DNA of 50,406 nt from positions 1 through 50,406 of IMG/VR virus record IMGVR_UViG_3300044477_000062; one strand, written 5' to 3'. Made by a program: the position numbers and the translations under genes. Source of the stretch: a virus (Duplodnaviria; Caudoviricetes). This document shows positions 29,536 to 38,172 of this stretch, piece after piece; within the stretch, counting starts at the first letter, position 1, and every line of letters begins with the position of its first letter. The notes under the pieces were generated by a model. It made no database searches and was not told where the DNA came from. It saw nothing but the letters and a program-made list of their open reading frames with translations.

Positions 29536-30444
29536 CTATTCGCCCCATCCCGGAACTGGTCCGAATTTGTCAATCATCCATTGTAATGGTCTAACCGCTT
29601 TATCCCATGCATTTTCAAGCCATAACTTTTTTGAATACTCTCTGGCTCTATTTACCTGCTTGTCAGATAGTGGATAAGGAAAACCAAAATCACCGCCCTG
29701 AGTTCTGAACATGTGGGCGTACCAGGTTGTTTTGTTCACAACCTGCCGGCCTCCGGAGAGCCATGATTTACAAGATATTTCTGTGCCCATTTGTCCCCAA
29801 GAACCATGCGATTCATCAAGTCCGCCAATATCGAAATATCTCTCTCTATTCATCAAGAAACACGCCCCAAGATTTCCCATCACGTCGCAGATGTCTCCGT
29901 TTGCTTCTGGTCTGCGATCGTATTCTTTCCAATATTGGAAATGCAAATCTGAGTCAAATCGCATAAAATCAGAGCGTCTATTCAATCGCGGCTTCCAAAC
30001 AATGTCACGCTCAAATTCAATCGACTCGCATTTTGTACATTTGTCTGGAGTTCTGCCCTGATAAGTTCTGTTTCCGCACGATTTACAAACCCAATCAAAA
30101 ACGTGCAAGTTGTAAAGTCTTGGAACCACAGTCCAGTTGTATTCGATATTACTGAGTAGTTTTACATCAAAACCTTCATCGAATGAACAGTGTGCGTCGC
30201 ATTTCATTATGTACTTTGCAGTTGACAGTCTAGCAGCTTCGTTGGTAGCTGCTCGTTGTCCTACAGATTCGGCATGATGCACTATGTGAACGTCTTTATG
30301 GTCTGGAATTGGAGTAATAGGCCAATATCCATCAAGAACAACAATAATTTCAGTGTTGCCACGTTTGTTTTTTAGAATATCGTCAATCGTATTCTGTAAA
30401 AACATTTCGTTGCGGGCAGGGATTAAAATTGATAAGTCTCTCAT
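29536..30444 (-). CDS. GT-A glycosyltransferase (GT2/GT27-like) with CxxC-CxxC insert; start MRDLSIL
   Basis: LSILIPARNE, KCDAHC, WG..GTEISCKSWLSGG...AHMFR. Confidence 0.88.
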   Translation of the reverse strand: MRDLSILIPARNEMFLQNTIDDILKNKRGNTEIIVVLDGYWPITPIPDHKDVHIVHHAESVGQRAATNEAARLSTAKYIMKCDAHCSFDEGFDVKLLSNIEYNWTVVPRLYNLHVFDWVCKSCGNRTYQGRTPDKCTKCESIEFERDIVWKPRLNRRSDFMRFDSDLHFQYWKEYDRRPEANGDICDVMGNLGACFLMNRERYFDIGGLDESHGSWGQMGTEISCKSWLSGGRQVVNKTTWYAHMFRTQGGDFGFPYPLSDKQVNRAREYSKKLWLENAWDKAVRPLQWMIDKFGPVPGWGE

Positions 30445-31166
30445 ACCGAAAACCTTCCCCATGGTGCAAGGTCGTAAGTAGCAAGGGATTCTTTTGCCCT
30501 GCGAAAACCGGTAAAGTTTTGACCGTTACGTATGTCAATATTTGGCAGATCTGTTTTAAATGTCATACAAGTCTGCTCATATTCACAAACGTATTTCAAA
30601 CCTCTAACATTTCCTTTATCATCAACAAAGCATGCCCAATCTATAACACCTGGCTCAAATGTCCCAGCTATTTTTCTGCGAATATCTAACCCACTCTTCA
30701 AGGCCTCTACTCTCTCTTTTAAGTTATCAATTAGAGGCTGTCTGTTACTAACAAGTTGACTGAGTGCAAATCTTGATTTTGATGGAGGGAAGTACATCCC
30801 TTTTCTTTTGCTTTTATCTGACCAGTCGAGAAACCAGTGGTTTGTATTGTAATAAAAAAAATCTCCACCGCTTGGCACTAATTCAAAATGCTCCTTTGTG
30901 TAAAGAACATCGTGCTCGCAAAGGTAAACAATATCTGCATCAGTTGATTCGAGTCCAGCAAGAATCTGTAAATAGATATTTATATATGAACGTCCAAGCC
31001 GACCCATACAAATGTTTTTTCCAAAACCTGCAGGATGCACAACTGGTTTTTGACTAACTGAAATGATCGGTATTCCGTTTGAATTCTGCAATAATACCTT
31101 GCGACACTTGAGTGCAAGAGGCCATTGCAGGTTATTGTCGGTATAGTAAATTATGGCTTTTTTCAT
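30441..31166 (-). CDS. Putative GT-A fold glycosyltransferase
   Basis: ADIVYLCEHDVLY (DxD-like), GT-A-like N-terminus, adjacency to the GT2-like gene. Confidence 0.65.
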   Translation of the reverse strand: MKKAIIYYTDNNLQWPLALKCRKVLLQNSNGIPIISVSQKPVVHPAGFGKNICMGRLGRSYINIYLQILAGLESTDADIVYLCEHDVLYTKEHFELVPSGGDFFYYNTNHWFLDWSDKSKRKGMYFPPSKSRFALSQLVSNRQPLIDNLKERVEALKSGLDIRRKIAGTFEPGVIDWACFVDDKGNVRGLKYVCEYEQTCMTFKTDLPNIDIRNGQNFTGFRRAKESLATYDLAPWGRFSV

Positions 31167-31687
31167 TTCTTTACCCCGTAGAATCTCAAATCAAATTCCG
31201 TCATATCAATATCGAATTTGTACTCGCTGAAATATTCATCAACATTCACAAGGCCTCTAAAGTACTCAACCGAAATATTCTTATAATAATCATTCGTAAA
31301 TGGTGATGACTCAGGATGTTTTGTTGTGCCGTGCTCTTCTCTGCCTATTGTTGCACATGTAAACATGAATAGACCGCCACTTTTCAACATTCTTATAATG
31401 TTAAATAGAGTTGACGGTAAATATTTATCATGCTCAAAAGCTTCGCACGAAACAATACAATCAAAAAAGCCATCTGAAAAAGTCAATTTGTGAGCATGTG
31501 AAACCAGATCAACACCGCGGCCCTTTCCGATATCGCACCCAATATAAAATTGAGAAGAAAAGAACCTTCTACAACTTCCATTGATGTCAAGAGAACCTAT
31601 TTCGAGCACCTTAGATTCTTTTGAGAAAAAAGATGGAAATAGTTTTCTTACCGATCGAATGTATTCTCTTTGTGCTTTATGACTCAT
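31163..31687 (-). CDS. Class I SAM-dependent methyltransferase (Methyltransf_11-like)
   Basis: VLEIGSLDING, FDCIVSCEAFEH, MLKSGG. Confidence 0.88.
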   Translation of the reverse strand: MSHKAQREYIRSVRKLFPSFFSKESKVLEIGSLDINGSCRRFFSSQFYIGCDIGKGRGVDLVSHAHKLTFSDGFFDCIVSCEAFEHDKYLPSTLFNIIRMLKSGGLFMFTCATIGREEHGTTKHPESSPFTNDYYKNISVEYFRGLVNVDEYFSEYKFDIDMTEFDLRFYGVKK

Positions 31688-31992
31688 GATAACCTAACAT
31701 AAATTCCAAGTGAAGAATCGGTACCTTCAGCTAAAAGCGTATTGACCCAAACCTGATGAAACCCAGAGCTTGCCAGAGTGGTAACAATCGCATCGCCAGA
31801 AACTGTTTTATGTCTTACCGCTCCATCTGCACCGTTGAATAATCCTATAAATGGCACATTGACAGGCTGATTTGATTCATTTACAAATTGGACATCATTA
31901 CCAGCGTCAAGAATTGAAGAAACTTCTTTTTGAAAACTCTCGCGCAATTCACGAGATCCGTTTATGGGTACTGTAATTTGAATTGTTGCCAT
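31684..31992 (-). CDS. Possible capsid spike-base protein (RcGTA Rcc01079-like)
   Basis: GLFNGADGAV...G.....V..LL.EGT....IYV pattern and ~100 aa size. Confidence 0.45.
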   Translation of the reverse strand: MATIQITVPINGSRELRESFQKEVSSILDAGNDVQFVNESNQPVNVPFIGLFNGADGAVRHKTVSGDAIVTTLASSGFHQVWVNTLLAEGTDSSLGIYVRLS

Positions 31993-31998
31993 TTTGTA

Positions 31999-34077
31999 TT
32001 ACATCCTTTTAAAAAAGTAGAATAGTCGTGAAGACAATTGCGGTCCCGTAGTAATCCAAAAATTAGAATTGTCATTGAGTAAATTATTGCGAGTCGATCT
32101 ATAGTTTGCATCACGCGGCGAAGAGTGTACAGCAACATAAGATATAATTCCCTTATAGTAAGCTGCTGATTGTCTTCCTGTATTTGTAAACAGAGTGTAA
32201 TAAGCGTTACCTGTAAAGGAAATTGTTCTGTTTGCAAGCCTTCCGGGTTCAGACCTGTTGTCAACATAAGGGTAGACCCCATCACTATTCCAAGTTACCA
32301 TAGTATAGTGCCAAGAGCTATCAAAAGTACTCGAATCATACGTTGACAAGTAGGTTGTAGAACTTGATTGAGTAATATAAGTATATTGAGTCGCTTTATT
32401 AGATACGTTAGCTTGATAAATTCCAATACGGTTTGCATCACCTGATTGAGCTATGTTGAATAAATACCCGGCATTTGCACTTGACGAATCGCCATAATAC
32501 ATCACTTCCATTGTTCCAGATGTCAAGTTGCTTAAAGAGTGTGTCGCTGAAACGTTGTATGCGCAAGAGTTGTAAGACTTTATTCCATACCCAAGAGGTG
32601 CTGTATCAATAACAGTCATGTATTCACCATTTACGACAGACAGATTAGAATTTCCAGCCATATCATTTATTGTCATGACTCGGCTACTGAAATCATAACA
32701 TGCCACAACACCAGCATTTGTAAAAGAAAGGGCTGAATTTACTGTAGTATGGGTCCTGTCACCATATCTTATTTTAATTAATCTATTTCCTACAGTATCA
32801 ACTCTATTTACAAAATGAAGTAGGCCTAATTTTCTAGTTTTGCTGAATCCTGATAGGTAGGAGTTTTTAACATTTCCAGAACTATCAGTAACATATATAT
32901 CTGATCCGTCATCTTTGCATGCAGCCCAGAAAGAATTTCCTGCATTTCTTAAATCGTATACTAAAGGAAACGAGTCAACAACAGATGCAACCGCACGTTG
33001 ATTTACTCTGATATTTATTGTGTTTTTTTCTTTTGTACCTGTCACCGAATTTGTCAGAGCTGCAAGTACTGCATAGTAAAAAGGTTTCTTTACAAAAGAA
33101 GTGCCGTTCCATTTTTTGCACATTGTAGGTGCGCCGTATGTAGCAGTATTGCTGGCGCTTGTACTATCATCGAATCCCCAGAATGTAATGTCCTTGACAC
33201 CACACTTCAGAACTTGTTCAATGTATCCAGCAACACGCTTGCGCTGCGATTCGTATGTCGCTGCAGTGTCGGTGATAGGCGTCGGCATTCTCCAGTCAAG
33301 CTCGGTTATTGCCACATTGTAACCAAGTGATTTTATTCTGTTAATTTGTTTAATTACGCCAGACATTCGCACTACTGAACCAGTATCGGCTGCAAAGTGA
33401 GATTGTAATCCTATCATGTCAATTGGTGTATTCAGAGCCCTTAAATCAGCGAGTGACTTATAAAATCGATTTGCTTTATTTAAACGATCTCCAGTTGTTT
33501 CCATTGCGTATTCATTATAATAAAGAATTGCAAGAGGGTCAGCTGTTCGTGCTGCTCTAAAGCAATGATCCATATAATTAGTAGCGTTGGTTTTCCACCA
33601 GTTGGTAGGGTTTAAATCTTCGTTTACGACATCGTACTCAACTGTATATGTTGGACCTACACTAGTACGTATGTGCTGCATTGTTGCGGCAATGTATTCG
33701 TTTAAAAGCACTTTTACAGTGTCAGATGAGAAACCACCTCCTGAAATCCAAGTAGGTACATAGTTTGACCAAACAAGAGTATTGACATGTATTTTTTTCT
33801 TGTTTGTCATTTCCATAATACGTGCAATAGAACTATCTGTCCAGTTCCAGTTATACGTATTTCTAGCAGTCCATGTATTGACCATGTTTAAACCAACGGA
33901 AACGCGATCAAAAGTAGTGTCGATAAAGTCAATGTATTTCTGATCTATTGCAGCTGAAACTTGGCGCGATATTAAAGAACCGAGTGTTATTCCAGACGCT
34001 GAAGATGCTTTTTGCAGCGTGTCATTAGCGCTCGCAGCACAGCAAAGCAACGTGGTTATTAAAATTATTTTTTTCAT
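31999..34077 (-). CDS. GH10 glycoside hydrolase + DUF2341-like + LamG/ConA-like domains, with signal-peptide-like N-terminus
   Basis: TLVW, YDVVNE (acid/base), YYNEY, GLQSH, ITELD (nucleophile), TFWGF; DGSDIYVTD..G and IRYG motifs. Confidence 0.85.
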   Translation of the reverse strand: MKKIILITTLLCCAASANDTLQKASSASGITLGSLISRQVSAAIDQKYIDFIDTTFDRVSVGLNMVNTWTARNTYNWNWTDSSIARIMEMTNKKKIHVNTLVWSNYVPTWISGGGFSSDTVKVLLNEYIAATMQHIRTSVGPTYTVEYDVVNEDLNPTNWWKTNATNYMDHCFRAARTADPLAILYYNEYAMETTGDRLNKANRFYKSLADLRALNTPIDMIGLQSHFAADTGSVVRMSGVIKQINRIKSLGYNVAITELDWRMPTPITDTAATYESQRKRVAGYIEQVLKCGVKDITFWGFDDSTSASNTATYGAPTMCKKWNGTSFVKKPFYYAVLAALTNSVTGTKEKNTINIRVNQRAVASVVDSFPLVYDLRNAGNSFWAACKDDGSDIYVTDSSGNVKNSYLSGFSKTRKLGLLHFVNRVDTVGNRLIKIRYGDRTHTTVNSALSFTNAGVVACYDFSSRVMTINDMAGNSNLSVVNGEYMTVIDTAPLGYGIKSYNSCAYNVSATHSLSNLTSGTMEVMYYGDSSSANAGYLFNIAQSGDANRIGIYQANVSNKATQYTYITQSSSTTYLSTYDSSTFDSSWHYTMVTWNSDGVYPYVDNRSEPGRLANRTISFTGNAYYTLFTNTGRQSAAYYKGIISYVAVHSSPRDANYRSTRNNLLNDNSNFWITTGPQLSSRLFYFFKRM

Positions 34078-34298
34078 TTATTTATTACTTTCAAATTATC
34101 AACCCATAATTCAAGTGAGTCGATGGTTATTACATAGAATTTATTATCAACTTTATGAAAATGAAGTGCCATGACCGTGTCTTTTTCAGGCAACATCTGA
34201 TGCTCGATAGTAGTTTCAATTAAATAGTTTTTCTGTCTCCACTGAGCAAAAACAAACAAAAATGATATTGATAAAATAAGAGCAATTTTTACTTTCAA
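34074..34298 (-). CDS. Small protein with hydrophobic N-terminus
   Basis: TTGA and ATGA overlaps with both neighbours. Confidence 0.55.
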   Translation of the reverse strand: MKVKIALILSISFLFVFAQWRQKNYLIETTIEHQMLPEKDTVMALHFHKVDNKFYVITIDSLELWVDNLKVINK

Positions 34299-34918
34299 CG
34301 CGACACCTCTTTCAATTTTGCTCTTATCTCACTGTCAAACATCGAAACAGCATCAGGCAACCCTTCTTTCCATTTTGCTCTAAATCCGAGTCTGGGCTTA
34401 ACCTTAACAGACTTAACCAAATAGAAATAACAAACCAATTTATTGCCTTCTATCCTACATAATTTTGGTGTCTTATTAAATCTTTTCACCAAAAACAAAC
34501 CTGGAACTTCTCGCGGACTTCCAAACTTTGGCACACCAGCCCTGGTTTTCGCAGCATCAGCGGGAATTGCAAGCATCTTACCGTTTTTAGCCCGGATTGT
34601 TCCGCCGTATTCCTGAGTAGCCCAATAATCTTTTACTGTGCTGTCAATCCATACAAAAAGCGTTGTTGTATTGCCGATTGTTGCAACTGAATGGTTGAAT
34701 GATCGTGCAAGTGCTCCGGTTCTCCTGTGCAAAACATCTGAATTGTCAACAGAGCCACCGATTGATTTGACCATTTTAGCAACAAACAAGCGGCCATATT
34801 TTGACAAGGCCGACTTTGCAGCACTCTTGACAACACTATCAGACATAAGCCCAATAATAGCGCTCATTTCGCGTAATTGCCGAGTTAAATCAGTGGTGTT
34901 TAAAATCGCTTCAGACAT
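34295..34918 (-). CDS. Neck/tail completion protein (HK97 gp10-like)
   Basis: RTGALARS, YWATQEYGG, KPR motifs; follows the adaptor. Confidence 0.7.
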   Translation of the reverse strand: MSEAILNTTDLTRQLREMSAIIGLMSDSVVKSAAKSALSKYGRLFVAKMVKSIGGSVDNSDVLHRRTGALARSFNHSVATIGNTTTLFVWIDSTVKDYWATQEYGGTIRAKNGKMLAIPADAAKTRAGVPKFGSPREVPGLFLVKRFNKTPKLCRIEGNKLVCYFYLVKSVKVKPRLGFRAKWKEGLPDAVSMFDSEIRAKLKEVSR

Positions 34919-35483
34919 AACTTGTATTTCTATATCCATCAAGAATAAGTTTTACAGATTCGTCAAGTCCTAGTTTTTTATACTGAACCGAACCGCCACC
35001 TTGTGTTAATTCACTTGAAACATTAATCCTGTCTTTTGATTTAAACCAGAGCACAGCCTGCAACCGAGCTGCCATTTCCAAATCTGGGAAATTTAATTGT
35101 AATGCAGCTTGATTTAATGCAAGTCCGCCAGTATAAACAACCTTCAACGCATCCCGGCCCGAAGTGAGTTCGTATTGGTCTACAACGATGCGCCCTTGAT
35201 CACCCAATACTGAGTAGTCAACTGCGCTTAAAGCACTTGTGAATTCGCGGTTTGCATCGTTGTAGATTAAAATAGACGAAATAGGAAACGCTTTGACAAA
35301 AAAGATTTCTTGGCCATTGTCAACATCGAAATGCTCGGTCCTTGATTTAATTTCAAGTTCCCGCATTAGATATTTTTCAATGGCTGCACTGACTGAATAC
35401 GCAAGAGAAGTGAGAAAAACATCATCTGTATTCTCGGTCATATTCAGAGCGCTTTTAATATTATCTTTTGTTGTCAATAGCAT
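34911..35483 (-). CDS. Head-tail adaptor/connector
   Basis: LTT...K..L, DD..L, IEKYL.R, VYTGG, P.DL..A, IL..YR. Confidence 0.8.
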   Translation of the reverse strand: MLLTTKDNIKSALNMTENTDDVFLTSLAYSVSAAIEKYLMRELEIKSRTEHFDVDNGQEIFFVKAFPISSILIYNDANREFTSALSAVDYSVLGDQGRIVVDQYELTSGRDALKVVYTGGLALNQAALQLNFPDLEMAARLQAVLWFKSKDRINVSSELTQGGGSVQYKKLGLDESVKLILDGYRNTSYV

Positions 35484-35485
35484 TT

Positions 35486-35896
35486 TTATTTATCACCTGC
35501 TGGCTGTTCTGGATCTTGTTTTGAATAGGTTGCCGGTACTCCACTGGGTGTAGATTGCACTGGCTGCACTGACTTTGGTTGCTGCACTTTGGCAGTATTG
35601 CCCTGTTTTGCGCCTGCTGTATCATGATTAACCTCCTCATTTTTAGGCTCCTCAACCTTGTCAGTATTTACAGAACCAGACTGATCACCTGCTGGCTGTT
35701 CTGGAGGTACAACTTTTGGAGCTTTCTGAATATCCTTGACAAGTTCAAGTTTATGCTCCTGACCTTCGACAGGATTTTCTTTGTCATCGATGATTACAGT
35801 CTTTTTAACAGACTTGTCAGGGCCAAGATCGTTCTGAACTGGATTTCCCTTTTTGTCATAAAAGGTGTAATCGCCGCGGATTTTCCATTTTGCCAT
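35486..35896 (-). CDS. Hypothetical head-region protein with Pro/Gln/Lys-rich tail
   Basis: ORF between the decoration-like gene and the adaptor. Confidence 0.6.
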   Translation of the reverse strand: MAKWKIRGDYTFYDKKGNPVQNDLGPDKSVKKTVIIDDKENPVEGQEHKLELVKDIQKAPKVVPPEQPAGDQSGSVNTDKVEEPKNEEVNHDTAGAKQGNTAKVQQPKSVQPVQSTPSGVPATYSKQDPEQPAGDK

Positions 35897-35899
35897 AGA

Positions 35900-36838
35900 T
35901 TACTCCAATACTGGACGACTGAGGGCCTCGCCTAGAATAAGTGTTCCTGATGATACAAATGACCCGGATGTGCCAACGCTTACAAATTTCCCCCGGATAT
36001 ATCGCTTGACCGATCGCAAATCAACGTCCTTTACAGAAAAAATACCAGCTGAATGGGTTGCACTTGAAAATGACCCTCCAGAAATATTTTGAAAGTTGTA
36101 GTGCTTGGAAAATCCAAAGAAGTTATAAGTTACACTATCAGCCCATGTCGACGTGGCCATTGCTTCAAAATTTCCACCCGAAGTAACTGCGTCGGCTGCG
36201 ATTCTAATGTAGTTTGATGAGCTTGCCGTATAATCGCCTGAGATTACAACGTGCAAAACAGTACCAGCTGCAATATCAATTGGCCTGGCAAATGTAAATT
36301 TACGCCATAAGAAAGACGTCGAAACCGAATCAACTGAAAGTGTACAAGCTGCATCGGCATGGGCCAAAGTTCCAGATGGTGCGCCTGAATTGTTTGTTTC
36401 AATTCTACACCAAATTTTCTGAGCACTGGCGATAGTTCCAATTTTTCGAGCCAAAACAGAAATTGAGCTGAGCTGTCGCGCACTGTCCTGCGTAAACTGC
36501 GCCCCGAGTGCGTTTCTGGCTGCATTATCACGTAAGGCAATGGAAGCAGTGTCAGAAAGCGTCTTGTTGTTTAAGTGGCCTATTGTGTCATAATCTGCAT
36601 GCTGTAAAGTAACATAAGTAGTACAAGCAGAACCGGCTGAACTGGCAGCACTCTGAAACACTCCAACACAAGAGAGAAAACCGGATCGATCGTAAACAGG
36701 TGAGCCATAGGTCCCGACCGCAGTAGTTCTAGCTGCTGGAGAAAACAAATAGTAACATCCAATGTCGTTTCCGATTACGTCAGCAATAGCCATTACTGAC
36801 AGAATCAGAATCGAAAAAATTGTGAGTATCTTTTTCAT
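35900..36838 (-). CDS. Putative capsid decoration/cement protein with inserted beta domain; start MKKILT
   Basis: Immediately after MCP; D.SGF.S, V.LQHAD and KRYIR motifs; AAAGGAG RBS. Confidence 0.55.
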   Translation of the reverse strand: MKKILTIFSILILSVMAIADVIGNDIGCYYLFSPAARTTAVGTYGSPVYDRSGFLSCVGVFQSAASSAGSACTTYVTLQHADYDTIGHLNNKTLSDTASIALRDNAARNALGAQFTQDSARQLSSISVLARKIGTIASAQKIWCRIETNNSGAPSGTLAHADAACTLSVDSVSTSFLWRKFTFARPIDIAAGTVLHVVISGDYTASSSNYIRIAADAVTSGGNFEAMATSTWADSVTYNFFGFSKHYNFQNISGGSFSSATHSAGIFSVKDVDLRSVKRYIRGKFVSVGTSGSFVSSGTLILGEALSRPVLE

Positions 36839-36854
36839 AATTTTATCTCCTTTA

Positions 36855-36879
36855 AAGAAAGCGGGTTTTTTACGCCCGC
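36855..36879 (-). terminator. Intrinsic terminator after the major capsid gene
   Basis: GCGGG-loop-CCCGC followed by TTTCTTT on the minus strand. Confidence 0.7.
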
Positions 36880-36907
36880 AATCCCAGGTAAGGTAAGAAA
36901 GAAGCAA

Positions 36908-38170
36908 TTAAACTGTTTTGGCGTCGTTGCAGAGACAGAAAGATTTTTCATGTCTTGGCTTAACGTCAACCATCTGAATCATTCTGATCTTCGAACGGTT
37001 TTCCTCGAATGCTGTTCCTGCACTATCGCTTTTTGCAATGTCAAGACCACCCCACTGACCAATAATTAAATCGTCCCAGTTGCCGAAGTACACTTCAGAG
37101 CAGATTGCACCGGACGAACCTTTTTCTAAGTTTGTCGGAATCTGTGAAGTTGTAAGCATTTGATGTCCGAGTTCTGCTGTCAAGTCAGGGTCAGAAAGGC
37201 TCTTGACGACATAAGCACCGGCAGTGTCACCGCTGAACTGAGCAACCTTTGTCTTTCTCAAACGACGCTTGATTTTTCCGTGGGTAATAAAAGCCGTCTT
37301 GCCTTTGAGAGCGTTCTCATCGTCAAGCTTTCCTTCCATGTCAATAACATCGTCGAAATCGAAATAGTCTCCATTGTCACCGAGTGCGAGAGTACTGATT
37401 CCGGAAACGTTTGCAATACCCTGGGGCTCATTGGCTCCACCTGCACCGCGCAATGCTGCATAGTCAACTGCAAGCTGGATCTGCATTTCCATGTCGCCAA
37501 GGATAAGAGATTCAATTGATGGGTTTGAAGCTGCAAGGGCAAGCAGCTTGTTGTTGATAGTAACAAGTGCAGCACATTCTTTCGGTGTCATTGTGATCTG
37601 CTGATCTGTGATCTTTGAATTGCTGATTGTTGAACCTTCACCAATCCAGGATGCTGTTACAGAACCGCTCTGACGCGGAATGTAAACAGTTCCACCTGTC
37701 AAGCCTGTCATCAAACGAGCGCCGGCCCTTTTTACAACAAGATTTGCATACAACTTTTCAATAAAGGTCATGATAGCCTGAGGAGGAACAGAATAACCAC
37801 CTGAACCGCCAGTGGTTGTATGCTCGTTTGCCTTGCCGATAATCTCGGTGTATTCCTTCACAATATTGTATTCGGCAGAGTCTTCTGCTTTACTGAAAAC
37901 ACCATTTTTATTCGCCCATTTTCCAAGCATGAGACCGCAGATGAGTTTGCCCATAGAGAAGTTTTTACCTTCTTTTGAGTTCTCAAGCCCGTTCATTGCA
38001 TTGGCCCGAAGCTTAATTATTTCGTCAAGCTGCTTCATCTGAGCTTCCATCTGAATGAATTTTGCATTCAGCTCTTTCATTGCGTTGTCGTACGACTCTT
38101 TTGAAATAAAGCCGCCTGCAAGAGACGCTTTAATTGCTGCCATTTCGGCAAGCAGTTTTTCCATGTCCAT
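36908..38170 (-). CDS. Major capsid protein (HK97 fold, with N-terminal delta domain)
   Basis: GGYSVP, ASWIGEG, EPQGI, YFGNW...IGQWGG. Confidence 0.93.
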   Translation of the reverse strand: MDMEKLLAEMAAIKASLAGGFISKESYDNAMKELNAKFIQMEAQMKQLDEIIKLRANAMNGLENSKEGKNFSMGKLICGLMLGKWANKNGVFSKAEDSAEYNIVKEYTEIIGKANEHTTTGGSGGYSVPPQAIMTFIEKLYANLVVKRAGARLMTGLTGGTVYIPRQSGSVTASWIGEGSTISNSKITDQQITMTPKECAALVTINNKLLALAASNPSIESLILGDMEMQIQLAVDYAALRGAGGANEPQGIANVSGISTLALGDNGDYFDFDDVIDMEGKLDDENALKGKTAFITHGKIKRRLRKTKVAQFSGDTAGAYVVKSLSDPDLTAELGHQMLTTSQIPTNLEKGSSGAICSEVYFGNWDDLIIGQWGGLDIAKSDSAGTAFEENRSKIRMIQMVDVKPRHEKSFCLCNDAKTV

Positions 38171-38172
38171 AT

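Noticed and set aside
23935-31687. GTs as DNA hypermodification or O-antigen conversion genes
   Set aside because: Located in the late structural operon, with no base hydroxylase or hydroxymethylase and no flippase or membrane GtrABC-type partners; less likely but not excluded
36839-36907. N-terminal extension of ORF 35900-36907
   Set aside because: Overlaps the terminator hairpin; strong RBS supports the start at 36838
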